A stretch of 64,000 bases of DNA from Pavona decussata. Lineage: Eukaryota. The stretch is taken from the NCBI GenBank assembly GCA_977016875.1, contig CDRNST010000137.1, forward strand, positions 124,001 through 188,000. Direction: 5' to 3'. Positions 1 through 14,900 of the stretch are shown here, in pieces; position 1 is the stretch's first letter; each line of letters opens with the position of its first letter. The notes below the pieces were generated by a model. That model worked only from the letters and a program-made list of their open reading frames with translations, had not been told where the DNA came from and did not search any database. A program made the translations under genes and the position numbers.

Positions 1-3000
1 CAATTAAACATCGTTCAGACTCAAGTAAAACTTTGAGGTAGTAATATGTAAGGTTTTCTTAATCTAAAGAAAGAAAGCAAAAGCTTAAAAATCAGCTCAG
101 TTTGCACTAACCTGTCACAAACTCTCAGTACGCCATCTTCCTTGCGGTGAGGCCGAGAAGAGGTCTGGTAACGAAACTGTAATGGGAAGGGGAGGGTAGG
201 GTAGAAAAGAAATAATTGCATGGCCCCCGGAAAGCTAGGAAATGGAATAATCGAATAGTGGCCTCGGATAGAATGGAATACAGCAAAATCTTGAGCATTT
301 ACTTTATAATGATTGTGAAAAAGGATAGAGAATGTATGATGAATGCTGGGGGTAACGTAACATTGCTCCCAGTGTACTGTAAATTCTCACTAAGAACCTG
401 AGTCATAAACGATTGTAGTCTCCACGGTTGTGAATGATTTGTAAGTAAGCAAGTTTATTTTGAGGGGGTACCACCTGACAGGTGAAGCTGAAAAACCTGT
501 GCCAAATGTTCAAGTTTAGAAAACAGTCGAGGGATTACGAATATGTCAATTATTCCGCTTCATTAGTAAACACTGTACTTCTAGCTAAGTGAAACAAATC
601 ACGCTGGAAAAGTTTAGTGATATTTTGGTGGATAGTGCCTTTAATTGAAATCCCTTGATTTATGTAGGTGAACTTCAAATATTTTCTGTAAGTTCTGCTC
701 AACTCAAATTATTGTCCGTTAATTTTAGTGTTACAAAATCCTCATCTTTGAACAACCATAGGTCATCTGACGCCATAACCACTTAGTTATTCATACGTTC
801 ATCACCATTCTTCTATCGCTCGGTTCGACTTACTCAGATTACGAGACCGCGCTCCTTGTGGTCAGTGGCAGTGTAGTTGCTGACCATACGGAGTGCAGGC
901 TCCAATGCACCGATCTTTTCTCATTCGTACCATGCGGTCGTTTGTAATACTTTATAATTCTTATTTGTTTGCAGACATTTCCAAGTTAGAGTACTGAACG
1001 TTAACAGGCTTTTAAAGTGAGTTGAACTATGTAAAAAGTTAATGGTGCATAGAAAATAAGAGCATGAAAATGTGTAGCAGCTGTGGTTAAAGCTTGCAAA
1101 TGACTTATGGTTGACCTTGTGAAACCTACCCCGTGACAAATTCTTGAGTGAAAGCTAATTTACACGTACTAATTTATTGGGTTCAATCGTATGGGCCAGT
1201 TTATACGTTACAATTTGTCGGCCGATTTCTTTTTGTTTGCATTGCGTGAAGTGAAAATCGGCCTGATTTAAAAACATTCAAACACTATCACGAGCCGATT
1301 TTGGACCAAATGGAACCGATTTACTCAAGGATTTACCTGTACCTTTAAAATAGCCTTTATCGGATCAGCGTTCGATAATTAATGGTTTTTGAATTTTAAA
1401 ACGTTGGTTTAGAACGTGTTCGTCGTTTCCCACTCAAAAAGGCAAAAAGAAACGTCTTTCAGAGAACTTAGTTAGCAGTCAGCCAGGCCATGACGGCAGA
1501 CCATTGTAGAGTTGTTCGTTTCTAAGGGCGTCTGAGAGTTTTGTAAGTTTTTTTTGTTATTAGCACTCTCACCCGAATTGGCCTCGTAGCATGAAGATAC
1601 ATAGTGTCTTAAAAGGACTTGATGTCCAATATTTATTTTCATTATAACGGATTACTGAAACGACCAAACGCAGTTGATTAGGAAGACGTGATAATGGGTT
1701 TATTTAGATTTGTTTGCCGAGGTGGGTGAAGTTACGTTTTTCCGCGGGAAAATGTCAAGATCTATGTGAGCAATAGTGAAAATCTGGTCAAGTAATTCAG
1801 TACTAATGTCTCTAAGGTGTTCAAATGTGATAAGCAAAACCTTTCACCGAATATCTTTTATCAGAGCTTGGATGTTTCGGACGGCAGAAATGATGAGTTT
1901 TTAAAGGCATTATTGGACGTAGAATTTCCTTACAAACACTTTCTATATGTTTGCCCCAATTCAAAATGGTGGCAGCTTCATGTGGTTTACTTCTATGCCA
2001 ACTAGTATTAATCATCCATTCGTGTTATCAGTGGACCTTGTAGGGGAGCAAGACAGTTAACCATTCTGAGTGCCATGATATTAGCCGGCATAAAAATCAA
2101 GAGTTCGTCCGCGTGAATTTCCAACCAAGAATGATACTCGTGTCCTAAGAACAGCCCCTCTCTTGCTAGTTTGACATGTGACCTGCAATACGGGATTAAA
2201 ACACAATGCGTAATCTGTGGCACCCAATGGTTCGTTTCGGCGGAATATCAGTTCGGAATGACATTCCCGTCTGAGAAAACTAGCGTTGTCTTTAGCGAAA
2301 GGTCACCCCAAACTTTCACCAGCTGGTATTTTCGGTTAGCTAATAGCAGTTTGTAAATTCGGGGAATAACTGAGATTATGCAAACTTGCACAAAAAAGGC
2401 CATTCAATGATGTTGGAATACGGGAAATAATGTGTTAATATTTTGTTTTCCCTTCCTCGTTGAGTGCCTCTGAATAATCGAAGTCAACGCACCGTTTTGC
2501 GGTACCTCACTTACGAACTCACTTTTGTGTTGGGGTTCCAAGGTCTGGGATTCGAAAAGCCATATTCTGGCCACTTTTGAATTTGACAGCCATGAAAAGT
2601 TTTTATTGGCGAAACGGAGGGAACGCCAACAAAGTGATGTAATTTTGGTCCGATATTTCTAATGTTTGTTTCTGTACAGCCAAGTGTTTTTTATTTCGGT
2701 TGAATGAGATATTACTTTTCTCTTCAGGATCACTGCGATTCAGTTGCGATCTTAAAGATCAAAGAAAGCATGCAAGAAGAAGCCAGAAGATTTGAAAATA
2801 CTGATGGAACGACGGACCATCAAGGAGAGTTCTTCATGCAATAGCAGCAAGAGAACTTTTCTCTTTGTATATTCACCGACCATTATCCAAAGATTTGTAG
2901 GAAACAAAGGTACTGCCACGAGGTTTGTACTTCTGTAGAAGAGCAGCCTCACCAGTGCTAAAGGCCCGCTTCTCTTGTGCCCAGCGGTTGAGCGTCTTAA

Positions 3001-5940
3001 AATACCGTCCGTGGAAATGACGTCATCGAACCGCAGAGCGCAAGACAAGACGAGTCAATATAGATGTCTCTAAATTAAGGTTATATTATATAGAAAGGGA
3101 AAATATCTTTGTATAGTTCATTTACTTACATTGTGGCTTAAGATATCGACGGTTGTTGGGTTCACGTTCAGTTGTAGAATAATTGGCGAGTTATGACAGA
3201 TAACAAAGCTTTCATTTCAGCTTTGTGCATCTTCGCTAAGAGCAAAGAGCTTGATAAATATGAACAATCAACGGCGACTCAACATGTTCACCTGCCGCAA
3301 TGTTCTTCCTTCACCGACACCCTTATGGTGACGTATGGCCGTTTTACAGACAGTAATCCAGTTGTGGACACTGTTGAAAACGAACCCTCGGTGTTAAACT
3401 TGCGAACAAGTTGACAACTAGACTGCTCAGATTGGTTATGTCAATATCTGTGTCTCTTATTGGAGAGAAACGTTTTTATTTTTAATGAAATGACAGGCCT
3501 TTTTTACAACAGCCGATTTTAGTATCCTTTAGCAAACATTCACAACTGCAGACGATGAATGATAATTTGAATGTATTATTTTCGTATGTCTACGGAATTT
3601 CAGGAGGACATGTTGCGTCACCATTGATTTCTTTTAATCAATAAAACTATAAGTGAGTGTTATTTAAGGAAACAAAAGCAGCCGAGGTCTTTCTCGGCAC
3701 TGTTCGTTTACTGGCGAAATTAAGTATAACATGTTTTGTCAGACTTCAGTGTTGCCGACATTTTATAAAGGCACCACAGCGGATCAAATCCATGTAGTCA
3801 ACAATACAATGCGGCTGGGAAACCCGCAGCAAAGGCAAGTCAAACCACATTAGTGACTGTTAATGGTGCTGTACTTGGTTAAGGTCATTACATTGGTATA
3901 ACCCGGCTCACAGTTCCCCAGTTAACATGCCTTTTCTGTTGGTTATAGACTGCGAAGCGATATTCGAAGCGTTCAAAGGCCATATCGACTTATCCGTCAT
4001 TTTCGAGTTGCTGTGAACCTCATTATGAAAGCGAGGCTTGATGCATAAACTAGTTTCATTCATTTGCAAACAACTAATTTTTACATGAAAAGCTTTGGAT
4101 CTGGCCTCTCTTTCGTAATCAGCTTCAAAACAACTCGGAAATTGCCTATAGCAGGCTACATTTTTGCTTTGTCGTTATACCGCGCTTCTGTAAGAGTTGC
4201 TTTGCAGTCTGAATGGAAGTTTTAATCTGACTGTTTTGTAGCACGCATTCATCTCCGTCCATATTTAAGCTGACCGCGAGGTAGAAATTTATTAGTCTTA
4301 CGTAAGAAATTAATGAAACCTATAAATTTGACGTTTAGCGGACCCAGTTATTTTTGAGCTTTGATTGTATATTTAAACTACTGAAATGGCCATTTTAAAA
4401 AGAAAACTGAAATTCACTCAGCAACGCAATGGAAATGCTCGGTTTTAGTTCCTTTTTAATATTATTAAACTGGCCGGCTAGTTTCCCTGCAGTTCACTTT
4501 CAGTTCTCGTGTGAAACAAACCTTGTTGGTTCAAACACGTTTATTATCGTAATAACTAGAGAATATGCTTCCCAGTTGTCATGGCAACGAGTTTATGGTT
4601 CTTTTTGGCTGTACAGAAGGCGTTTCGCGGAGCCCAGTGGTCTTACCGCGAAACGTCGTTTGTTTTCTCAGACTACTCGTTTCTACGACCTTTTAAAACG
4701 GTTCAACGTAATCCAGCGTAAAACGGATACTGAGCACTGCTGAAAAGACTATTTTAAACGCTTCGGGCTCACAAGGTTTGAGCTGATTGTGCCAAGCTCA
4801 CTATCATGATTTTGCCACCCAACAGAACCATAAACTCGGTAGGAAAATAGTAGATAAATTAAAGTTGTGTTTCTGCAGCGAAATACTAAGGGAGACTAGG
4901 GGGTCCACAAAACATTGATATATAATTGATATGATAAAAAATGTGAGAAAATTTCAAGAACTAATTTTAAAAGAAGAGCTATCTTATGAGCTGATTTCAC
5001 GTAACCCGTGAAGGAAGATGTTATACGCAGTAGATCATCGGCCGAAACTACACCAAAAACAGTACAAAACAAAAGGTTTAGGGATATCATGTATTTTAGT
5101 CCATAAACAATCTTTTCCATGGGTTACGTCAAATCACTTGTCTTTCCCGTGAATAGCGAGATGATTCTGTATAAATATCTACCTCGATATGTAATTCGTC
5201 TGACAAGTATGCTTATACAGTTTGTGATCATGTTGATTAAAGAAATTGCCGATAAAGTTTAGTATAATGTTATTGGATCTCTTCCCAGATGCTGTTTGGG
5301 TGGACACGCGAGGCTTGGGAATGTTGTGCGACTCAAACCTTTTGGCTTCCTGCCGGTAAAAGGGCAGAGGTTTGGAGTCGAAAATAGCACGACAGGAAGT
5401 CACAGTTATTATATAGAAACGTGCTTCAAACGTTAATTAGAAACTGCATGCAATAATAGAGGGTTGAATGTTCATGCTTAATGCCGCGGACATTAAATTG
5501 GCCAAAATTGAGTACACGTTATTGTTGCGGGGAAGTCAATATCGGGGCGCTTGGTCGAGGAAATACGGTGGTTATTATTGCCTCGCTCCTGACAACATTG
5601 TGTGGAATACTGGCCCTTGAGAATCATCGATATCAAGCATTCAGGATCCAGGAACCGAACCATTTGTCACAAATGGACGGCCAGATTATACAATTGGAAT
5701 ACGCCATTTCTACAAATTCTCTTAAATGGCAGGCTCTGTACGGGTGATGTGCCGGGTGTGCGCCACTTTGAAGTCATGAAATTGGTACCTTCCCACTGTA
5801 ACCGACACTTTCGTGACAGCTAGTTGGTCTCCGTAAAAGAGAAAGTAATAGGAGATATTACAGTAATTCTTGAACGCCAAGGACTTCAACTGCTGTCGCA
5901 ACTACAGGGTTGACCGTATCGTAGAGGTGTCCGCAAGAAT

Positions 5941-6178
5941 TAAAATTTTGGTACCCTGTTTTGATAATCAAAGAAAGATTACCAAACTTTTCAAACATTT
6001 TTAAAATTTTTGTTCCCTGTTTTAATAATTAAAGAAAGATAACCAAACTTTTCAAAAACGTTTCAAATTTTTGTTCCCTGTTTTGATAATCAAAGAAAGA
6101 TTACCAAACTTTTCAGAAACGTTTAAAATTTTTGTACCCTGTTTTGATAATCAAAGAAAGATTACCAAACTTTTCAAA
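5941..6178. repeat. Minisatellite, 4 copies of a ~59-bp unit
   Basis: Unit aaaatttttgt(a/t)ccctgttttgataatcaaagaaagattaccaaacttttca... Confidence 0.92.
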
Positions 6179-7030
6179 GTTTGACAAGAGAAGTACATCA
6201 CACATTCGATCGATTGCGCGAGTACCGAGTAGACGTTCGAATTTGCCTTTATGACGTTGCTTTTTCTACACTTTTCACGAATTTAGCCGAGTCGCCTCCA
6301 TGAAGAAAAAAAGTAGCTCGTGAGATGACCAAGGCGTATTCCTTATTCGCGTATATACCCCCAACGTTATTAGGAACTTCATTGGTATTCATTGTTACAG
6401 GAAATAATACAAACAGTGGGCAAGGTAAGAGTTTTATTTCGAATTACGAATCCTCTGGGATTTTCTGCATGGCCGTTAGCTAGCGCAGGATTCGTCCATT
6501 AAACGTCGTTATTTAACTTACTCTTAAAGTTATTTTTCAAGCTTAAATTATCAAAGGAATGTCCAATTTTGATCAAGTATATGGGTTCTTTAATTCCAGT
6601 TAAACTGTTCTCTATCAATATTTTCCTTCATCGCTCACTCAATTGAAAATTTCTTTGTTTGGTTTGTTACCATGGATACCCGCGCGCGTGCTTAGCTGCG
6701 TCCGTGGCACTTAATAAAACACATGATGATTGAAGTCAAAAGGAAGAAAAGTGCCACAAAAGTCCAAATGTTTCGTGCTTTGCCCTTTTTCAATGGATTT
6801 CACACAGAATGAGCCTGCTCCACTAGCTGAAGGTAATGCTTGTTGTGGGAATGACGTGACATTCAGATTTAGTCTTACCTTACGAATGAAAATTTTAAAA
6901 ACCGCAAAAGATCCTGCTTGCTTGTACGTTGGATCTCCCAGGAGATCTAATCAGCCAAACTTGAAAAATAGACGATGAGAAGTCCAAAGACTACTGCAAA
7001 GCTGACACAACGTAATATATTTTAAAACAA

Positions 7031-7062
7031 TATTTCGGCTGGCCAAACCAGCTTTCTTCAGG
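7031..7062 (-). mobile_element. Hammerhead-like motif, probable Penelope-type remnant
   Basis: Minus strand reads cctgaaga-a-gctgg-tttgg-ccagc-c-gaaata (CUGANGA, stem II, GAAA). Confidence 0.55.
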
Positions 7063-8235
7063 TTTAGATGTTTAGAGGTTTACCTTACGGCCTATTTTCT
7101 TCAGTTTTCTTGAGATATTTCCCTCTAAATATCGCTGAGGAATACTTTAGTACACATTTTGACTTCCTATGGACCGCCAAAGTTTCAATTATTGACAGAA
7201 AGATATTATTTGCCAAGTTTGAAGTGAGCGCTAATTCAGATTATCAAACTCAACTTTACTTCCTATTGGCTCATATTTCTGTCAAAAATTCCTAAAAAAA
7301 AATTCGCTCCAAGAATATTTGAAACAAAAGATTTTGACTTCGTAGGGAAGCAGTGCAGGGTAGTAATTTGTCTAATAAACCGGTTAGTTGACGTATTGCT
7401 ATTTTCCAGTCATGTAATTGTCTGTCTTGCGTCGCAATTTTTTTCCATTTGTTTTTGTTCGTTCCATTTTGTTTTGGTCGTTGTTTGTTCCCGTTCGTTT
7501 GTTGTTTGTTAAATACGGATAGAAAAACAAGTTGAATGCAATGAACCCTATCTGTGATCACCCTCAGTGCCAGTATTTATTTATTACTTTTAATGGCACA
7601 AATATAAGTATGTGGTCGTCTTTGTATGATTTCTCTGAAAGGTTTCCGAGCGAATGCGTTCACAGCACAGTATAATTGCCGCAAGCCAATGGGACTTTGC
7701 TGGAAACACTGAGTGCGTCAGTGTCCTTTTTCTCCCGTTTTCTTAACACATTTCCTTTCAAATACTGGTCAGAAAATAGCTATAAGGCAAACAACTCGAT
7801 ATTCAACGGACTTTGCCTAGTGTACGCATTCAGCTGCCTCTTGCACAAGACATTACATCTTTAAAATCTTCTATTAAACTCAAAGGTCGTTCAACATGAC
7901 TAGGAATTGTTCCATCGAGATGTCACGATCAATTGCTTCAATAACCACGCCACTGTTTGCTCTTCTAGTTTAACAGGATTTTTGCATCGCGCAACGGTTA
8001 TTTTCATCTTTGCCGACTCTGCTGTTTGTGGTTTTCCCACGCAATATCTCTCGGTCAACCCGTCACTGCTTCCACTTACACACTCTTTTGCTTTCGCGCT
8101 CGTTAACCCCACTGCCTCCCTCCCCACCCCCGCAGTTTTTATAGCTCTCGCGCGTATGCTGATCTTATGAAAAAAGAGAAGGTGAGTAAACAGGTTGAAA
8201 GGAGATAGAAAACTTATCATGGTTAAGATGATTTC

Positions 8236-8241
8236 TTTATT
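8236..8241 (-). terminator. Candidate polyadenylation signal AATAAA for Vtg
   Basis: tttatt on the plus strand about 400 nt past the stop codon. Confidence 0.5.
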
Positions 8242-8640
8242 TGAGATGCTACAAATACATTGCTTGATTATTCCCAGGGTACCCACTAACATGACATTAC
8301 ATTGCCACTACATTACATCGTCATTATTATTAGTATTAGTATTATCCGATCGACAGTCCGACGGAATAGCTACCACACCATCGAGACTCCACAGCGTCTT
8401 CATGTGGACGAGTAAAAACAATTTGTAAACGATCACGGATGAAATAATAAGTAAACGCATAATGCGGACAGGGTCTAATACTATTACTGATAGCCTGCCT
8501 ACTCTTCTTACACAACACAAACATCTAAACAATCAGAGCGATAATTTCAGTTTTTGTTCCTAACAATCATTGAATCATTTCAAAGCAAGTAAGTCCATTT
8601 TTCAGTCCATGTCAAATCCAACGTAATCCATTTAGGAAGT

Positions 8641-8930
8641 TCACTGGCCACAAATACTGCAGTCGCATTCCACGTGTTCAGTGAGATTCTCAGTGTAGAT
8701 GACCTCACTTCCGGTCAGATCAAGAGTGCGCTTCTCGATGTCTTTCAATATCTTCATTGATTCAACACTTCCGGTCTTCACGCAGGTCATTGGGAAGTGA
8801 GTGGTCTTTGTCTTGGTAGCCCGGCATTCGTCTAGGCAGCGGAGGACTGGGGTGGTTGGATAGCAGTCGTAGTTAACTCCCTCGATCTCCTGGCGTATTA
8901 GGACGAATTGTTTCTTGAAATGACAGCCAA
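8641..8930 (-). CDS. Vtg: Vtg exon 30, Cys-rich C-terminus (...PVLRCLDEC...CDCSICGQ*)
   Basis: PV..C...C pattern of the vitellogenin C-terminus; TGA at 8641-8643. Confidence 0.92.
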
Positions 8931-11900
8931 CTAAAACAGACAATTGTGCGACAATTAGACTCCAAAACACAAAACAGTGTTCCCCACCAGCAGATAAGAG
9001 TAAGTAGGATTGAAGGCCATTTCCGGGTTGCTTTGAAATTCATTATGAAAGCGAGGCTTCGTACAAAGCTTTTCACGTGAAAAGTAGTTTTGTTTGCATA
9101 TCAATGAAAACTAATTTTCATAATTAAAAAAAATATATCAACAAAGCCTCCCTTTCATATTTGGTTCAAAGCAACTCGGAAATGGCCTATTACAACTTTT
9201 ACAATTTTTCCGAATTTATGCAATTTTCGTAAAATTCTTTCGAAATTCTTGTCTAACCTGAGTATAAGAAGGCCTGACACCCAGGTTAACTTCTGTCTGA
9301 CATCTTATGAATTTATAGATTTGCAAACTTTCAACAGCGGTGGACGAGAACAGCGAAATAAACCAAAAGTGTGAAAAATGCAATTCCAGAAATTTGATTG
9401 GCCTAGCGGCCATGGTATATGAGCCATTATAATCCATCAAATATTTTCGCTCGCGCGCGATTGGTCTAAACGCCTCACGTGACCGAATATACCCCAGCTA
9501 AAACTGGGGAATATCCGATGATATTCCCCAAGTGATATTCCCCAATTTCAAAAACTTCAAGGCGCGTCTTGTTTACAATTAAAATTAATGTCAAGATGGG
9601 GGAACGGTTTGCTTTTGTGACAGAAGGAGAGATAAACCTGCTGGTCGATAAAGCAGTATCAGAAAACAACATACGCTCTCAACGTTTTTGACGGTCAACT
9701 GTTCTTAAACGAAATGTTCAAATACTCAAGCTCGTTGCTACATGTTGCGAAAAATATTTGAAGGATAATAACCACAATAGCCTCCATTTGGCTTTAAAAA
9801 TATGCTCAGATATTTGTCTGCGGACATTATCTGCTCCTCAAAGCTCACAGTTTTCCGCTTCTCGGAACAGATAATGTCCGCAGACAAATATCTGAGCATA
9901 TTTTCGCGCCAAATGGCGGCTATTGTTTATTTATACCATGCCCAAGGAATAGCGACCATTAAATTGTCTTATGGTTGTTCTTACAAAGCGAAATCAGCAA
10001 GATCTAGCAATATTTCCTGATTGTGTTTAATGAACAATCATTCCACTCGGGCTTGTTGGAGATGAGATGATTATAGCCAACTCGATGCTAAGCTCCTCGT
10101 TGGCTATCTAGTCATCTCCTATCCAACGCGCGTTCGTGGAATAAATTAGGCTGATTTAGCAACAGAACGGGAACGTCAGTTGACAACGGCGCGCGCATCA
10201 AGAATGCCCAAATATAGTCGAAATAGACTCGTGTCCAGACTATTCCGCGAGCTCTCGCGTCCTCAAATGACGTTCTGTTGCTAAATAGCCAAAGACTGTA
10301 AAATACCTTGTCTGCAGGTGTCCTCAGGTACCATCCACATGTGTCCGTACTTCAGTTTGTTCAGAGAGGTGTATGGACGGCCCCTCGGTGTTTTCAGGTC
10401 CATGTACTGCTCAGCATTGCAATCGCCACACATGCCGCACGTACGGTTGAAAAAGAACGGAGAAACACGAACGTCAACCTGCCAAGAAAAAAGGCACAGA
10501 TATTAATATGGATATAGTAAAGATAACTTTTTATACTTATCGTACACTCTGCGTTGCCTACTTATATTTAGGATTAAGCAATCACGATTGCTTTGACTGT
10601 CAAAAGTGGCGCAGAAATTTCACCAGGGAAGGCTATGTTCCTAAATACAGAGATTTGATAATTGATACCTTTTGCAAACATTGTTACATTGCTTTCAAAT
10701 CATCCTGCAATACATAGCTGAATACGGTAAATAACAAATTATTAAGGTTCTTTCTTCAGCCCACCAATTCATCGTTAATTCTCATGCTCGGCGCCCCTTT
10801 TCGTTCAAAAGAGGCCTCTTAAATCACCAAAGGTACAATAAATGACATTCGGAGGAATAAGCTCTCCACTGGCCAACTTAGGAAAACCGGATTTTAGAGC
10901 CAAGGTTGGCTTGTTTTAGTCTACAAATTCAATAAAAAGAGAGGTCTAGGATAGGAGGGATGGGGGGATGGGGAAGGGGGGTTATGAATACCTTGTTTCC
11001 TCGAACCATCAGCACTTGCAAATGTTCACAGAACACGTGCAGTTCTTGCTTCTCTGGGATCTCCACAATGGTGGCAACGGACTTAAGCTGGAATGTCCGT
11101 TTTGGCATATTGATTATAGCTCCATTAACCTACAAAATAACAACATCCGTGGTTTGAACATTTCAATAATCGCATTTTCTGTCAACTTTCAACCCAGGCG
11201 GTGGGAATTAGCTCATTTGACGCTTGACACAAGTTCAGCGAATGAATTCCTAATATTTTTTTCTAAGCACACTTTCTGAGAATTTGAAGGTACGTGAGCA
11301 TCTACTAACTACTTTTAAAATTCATCTGAGAAGAAAAGTTATACTAACTGGAGATCTGAAATCAGTTCATGGGAATTTGCTATTTTTTGTCTCCTTTGAA
11401 CTTGCCTACGCACCGCAAATTTGACAAGCGATGAACTTTTAACCGTTGCCATTTGGCAAATTAATTTTGTTGATAAATACATGGCATGTATCTTTTCGTC
11501 AACTTTTTGACGGCGTCCATTTCTACCGACCAATCAAAATACACGAACTGGCGAGAAAGATTTGATTGGCCAGTTGAAACTGAAGCCATCAGAAAGTTGT
11601 CAAAGAGATGTCAAAAACTAATGACGAAAACTTTATGGTGGATATAAGAAAAATTACATTTTGAATAGCGGCTGAAAGATTTAAATACAAGGAAGACCAT
11701 TGAGCAGCTGCGAAAAGAAAGCCTGACAAAACATTCAGGCTTGAACGGGATTCGAACCCATGATCTCTGCGATGCCGGTGCAGTGCTCTATCAACTGATC
11801 TTATGAAACATATATTTTGAACTGCAGATGGAAAATTAAATAGAAGAAAGATCCTCGCCGGTCAGTGCACAACTCAAGCAGTTGTGAAAAGAAAGCCTGA

Positions 11901-14900
11901 AAAATTCAGGCTTGAACCCATGACCTCTGCGATACCGGTTCAGTGCTCTAACAACTGAGCTATCAAGCCAACTGGGAGCTGGTCATATTGTGAGTTTGTA
12001 ATAAGACTATGTGTAATGAACAAATTAGACTGAATATATGAAATATCATATTTTTATTTGAGGTTCTGCTAGTGAGTGTTGGTTTATCCTTGCTCCCGAT
12101 ATTTTGAGGACGGTCATCCTTTGTGTCAAAGACACCTCAAATCACTAGGCTTTTAATTATCAGTAAAACTACTGCTTAAATTAGAGCGCTTTTCAACTGA
12201 GTATCGAAAGCAATTTCGCGTTTGTTTTTAATTTCCTTTAGTATTCTCCGTGATTGGTTTAAAAAACTCGCACCACTTTCTTAACCAATGAAAAGCAAGA
12301 CCAAAACCGAGTGCGCCTCGCTCAGACGCATTTTCCCGCGCTTTCTCCGAATTCTGATTGGTTCATTGTGCTGTTTACTTTTGTTGCGATTACTTTGGTT
12401 TTGGTTTCACGACACTCATTTGAAAACGCTCTATTCTGTAAGTGATACCTAATCGCTAAAGCCCTAAAAGAGCCTCATATATAAAATGCGAGTGAAAACT
12501 TTGTAAACTGGCAAAAGTACAGCTTGCAGTGATAATTATATTAAGAGCCGTGCATCAAACCTGTATCTGGTAGCGGCCGTCATCCGGCAAGTATTCAATT
12601 CGTATCTTTTCCTTCTCAACAAATATCTCAACGATTTTGTCGTCGGGGTTTTCGGCTTCTTTGGACAAAAGTACCATAAAGGTATTGTTGACGCAGTCTT
12701 TGGCCAGCACATGCGCACAGCGGTGCGGTAAGGAGTACTGGAATTCCACATTGTCGAATGTTTTGAAGGTGTCATAGTCCACAGTACAGACCGCTGAAAA
12801 CAAAGATTGGATTTGCCATGATTTGCCGTGAAATTCCCAATATTAAGTCCTCGGACCTGTTTCTCGAACTACCGATAACTTGAAGGGCCCGATAGGTTCT
12901 CTGTGCACAGAGCTTCTCGGATGGAATTCATTTTTATTGATTTTTGAGGGTAAATTTTACGGAATACACAAAACAAGTTCGGACAAATCGACAAGAATTG
13001 ACTTCAAATAATACTTGTTGGGCCCGAAAAGTTATCAGGGCTTTCAAGGAACGGGTTCCTGGGTTTACCTTATTCAAAGGATATTTTTAGAGGCCTGGTT
13101 TTCAGGAAGGGTGTATTATGGGAGGGACAGTTGCGTTTCCAGACTGGTTGGATTTGACAGTAAAAACAACTTGAAACAATAACCTAACAATTTAAAAACA
13201 TCAGTAACCATAACAGTTATAGTAACAGCGGGAAGGAATGTTATCAGGTAGAGTTTAGCGAATGAGAATAGGCTTGAGATTTGGAGGGCTCAAATTCGGG
13301 GGAGATGTGGGGAGGGGAGGGTTATATTTGGAATTTTTCATTCTTGTGTAACTGAATAAATATGGTGCAGCACCGTATTTTCAAAATTCAACACCCCTTG
13401 TAATTTAAACACCCCTCAAAATCAAGTATGCTTAATGAAAGGGTAAATATGATTTTAATTTAAAGTCGTGGATGTTTACAAAGAGCTCAGGGAATGTTAA
13501 TTAAAACCATTACGTTAAGAAAATAAAATAACGGTGTTTCTGTAGGCCTGAGCTGCCTGGCGTTTATTCAAGTATGGACTGCTACCAACTACTTTTCCAA
13601 GTCTACAACGTAGCTAACGCTTCGAACGCAAGAAAGTATTTATGAAACTGTAAAGAAATCACATTTATTGTATAAGCAGTAGTGTTTCACTGGAAAATAC
13701 ACCGCTCATAAAATTCATACGAGACTACATCCGGGACCTGAGTGGCGTATTTTCCATATCCTCACTAGTGAGGATATTGATGACGTCATTCCCGCTTTTT
13801 CACGGCTGTTTGTTCAAACAGTCGGTGAAAAATGGCGAGCGAAAGATTTGTCTATATATAAAAAAAGAAAATTACATATGGATTTTATTTTCTCGTGTTA
13901 AAAACAATACTTTACTCGCTGCGCTCGTTCGTAAAATACCGTTTTTACCACTCGAAAATAAAATTCACATCTTCGCACCGCCGTGTAATATCCTCCATCT
14001 ACACTCCACGCAAATCACGTAAGCATACTCACGTGCAGACAGAGCCATCAAGTGCATCAGTGGGTTACCACGTGGTATGAAGCCATCAGTTTCGATTCTG
14101 ACGTCATCCATGGTCAACACTCGCGAGGGCATGATGTATTCCAGGTCAACAAGGTCCTTCGTTTTGAATTTCACTACAAATTCAACTTGGTTCCTGGTAT
14201 TTCGCATGATCTGGTAGCGGCTCAACCTGGGCCAAAGTAAATAACCATAAAGCATCATCTTCATATGAGAATTAAACACAACTGCGACAGTCGGGTCACT
14301 GGATAGCTCCAATAATCATAAAACTTAATACAAAAGCCGTGTTTGAACTCTCATGGCGAACTTTTTTTCAAGTTGTGGAGTGTAAGTGCGTAGAAGGCCT
14401 CCGCCTTTTTTGGAGATTTCGGCGAATCTGCTTTATGTTAAAAAACACTACGAAATATGTAGGGTTGAAATGGAAGAAACCTGTGGAACCTTGACTGGAA
14501 AAGTGTTTTCATAGTTCTCCAGAATGTTTTCATCACTTATTGGAAAAAAAGAAGGAAAATCTTCTATTTCGTTTGAGAAGTAAACACTTAAAAATAATTT
14601 TGTTTGCACAGAAGTATTGTGGTATTTGCTTTTTGTAGACCAGTGAGGTTTTCTGTTTTATACCTGTCGCGATAATGGCTGCTTAATGTCTTGAAAAGCT
14701 TGTAGGATAACTTCATCACCGAAGATGGCAGCTGATTGTATGATGCCATGATGTTCAGCTGACGACGTCCTGGTTCCTTGATGGTGATGACCGACTGAAG
14801 AAAAACGACAAATATAATTATTAAGGTCGTTACAGAGCAGTTTTCAATTGAGTGTCGAAAGTAATTACGTGTTTGCTTTGGTTTTACTTTAGTTTACTAC

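Noticed and set aside
1817-3414. Scattered short ORFs as a pseudogene or transposase relic
   Set aside because: I could not recognise any motif or build a consistent exon chain; a translated search would be needed.
5941-6178. CRISPR-like array
   Set aside because: The units are contiguous tandem copies with no unique spacers, the context is eukaryotic, and there are no cas genes.
11745-11970. Functional tRNA genes
   Set aside because: Each unit lacks either the intact 5' half or the B box, and both are embedded in a repeated flank.
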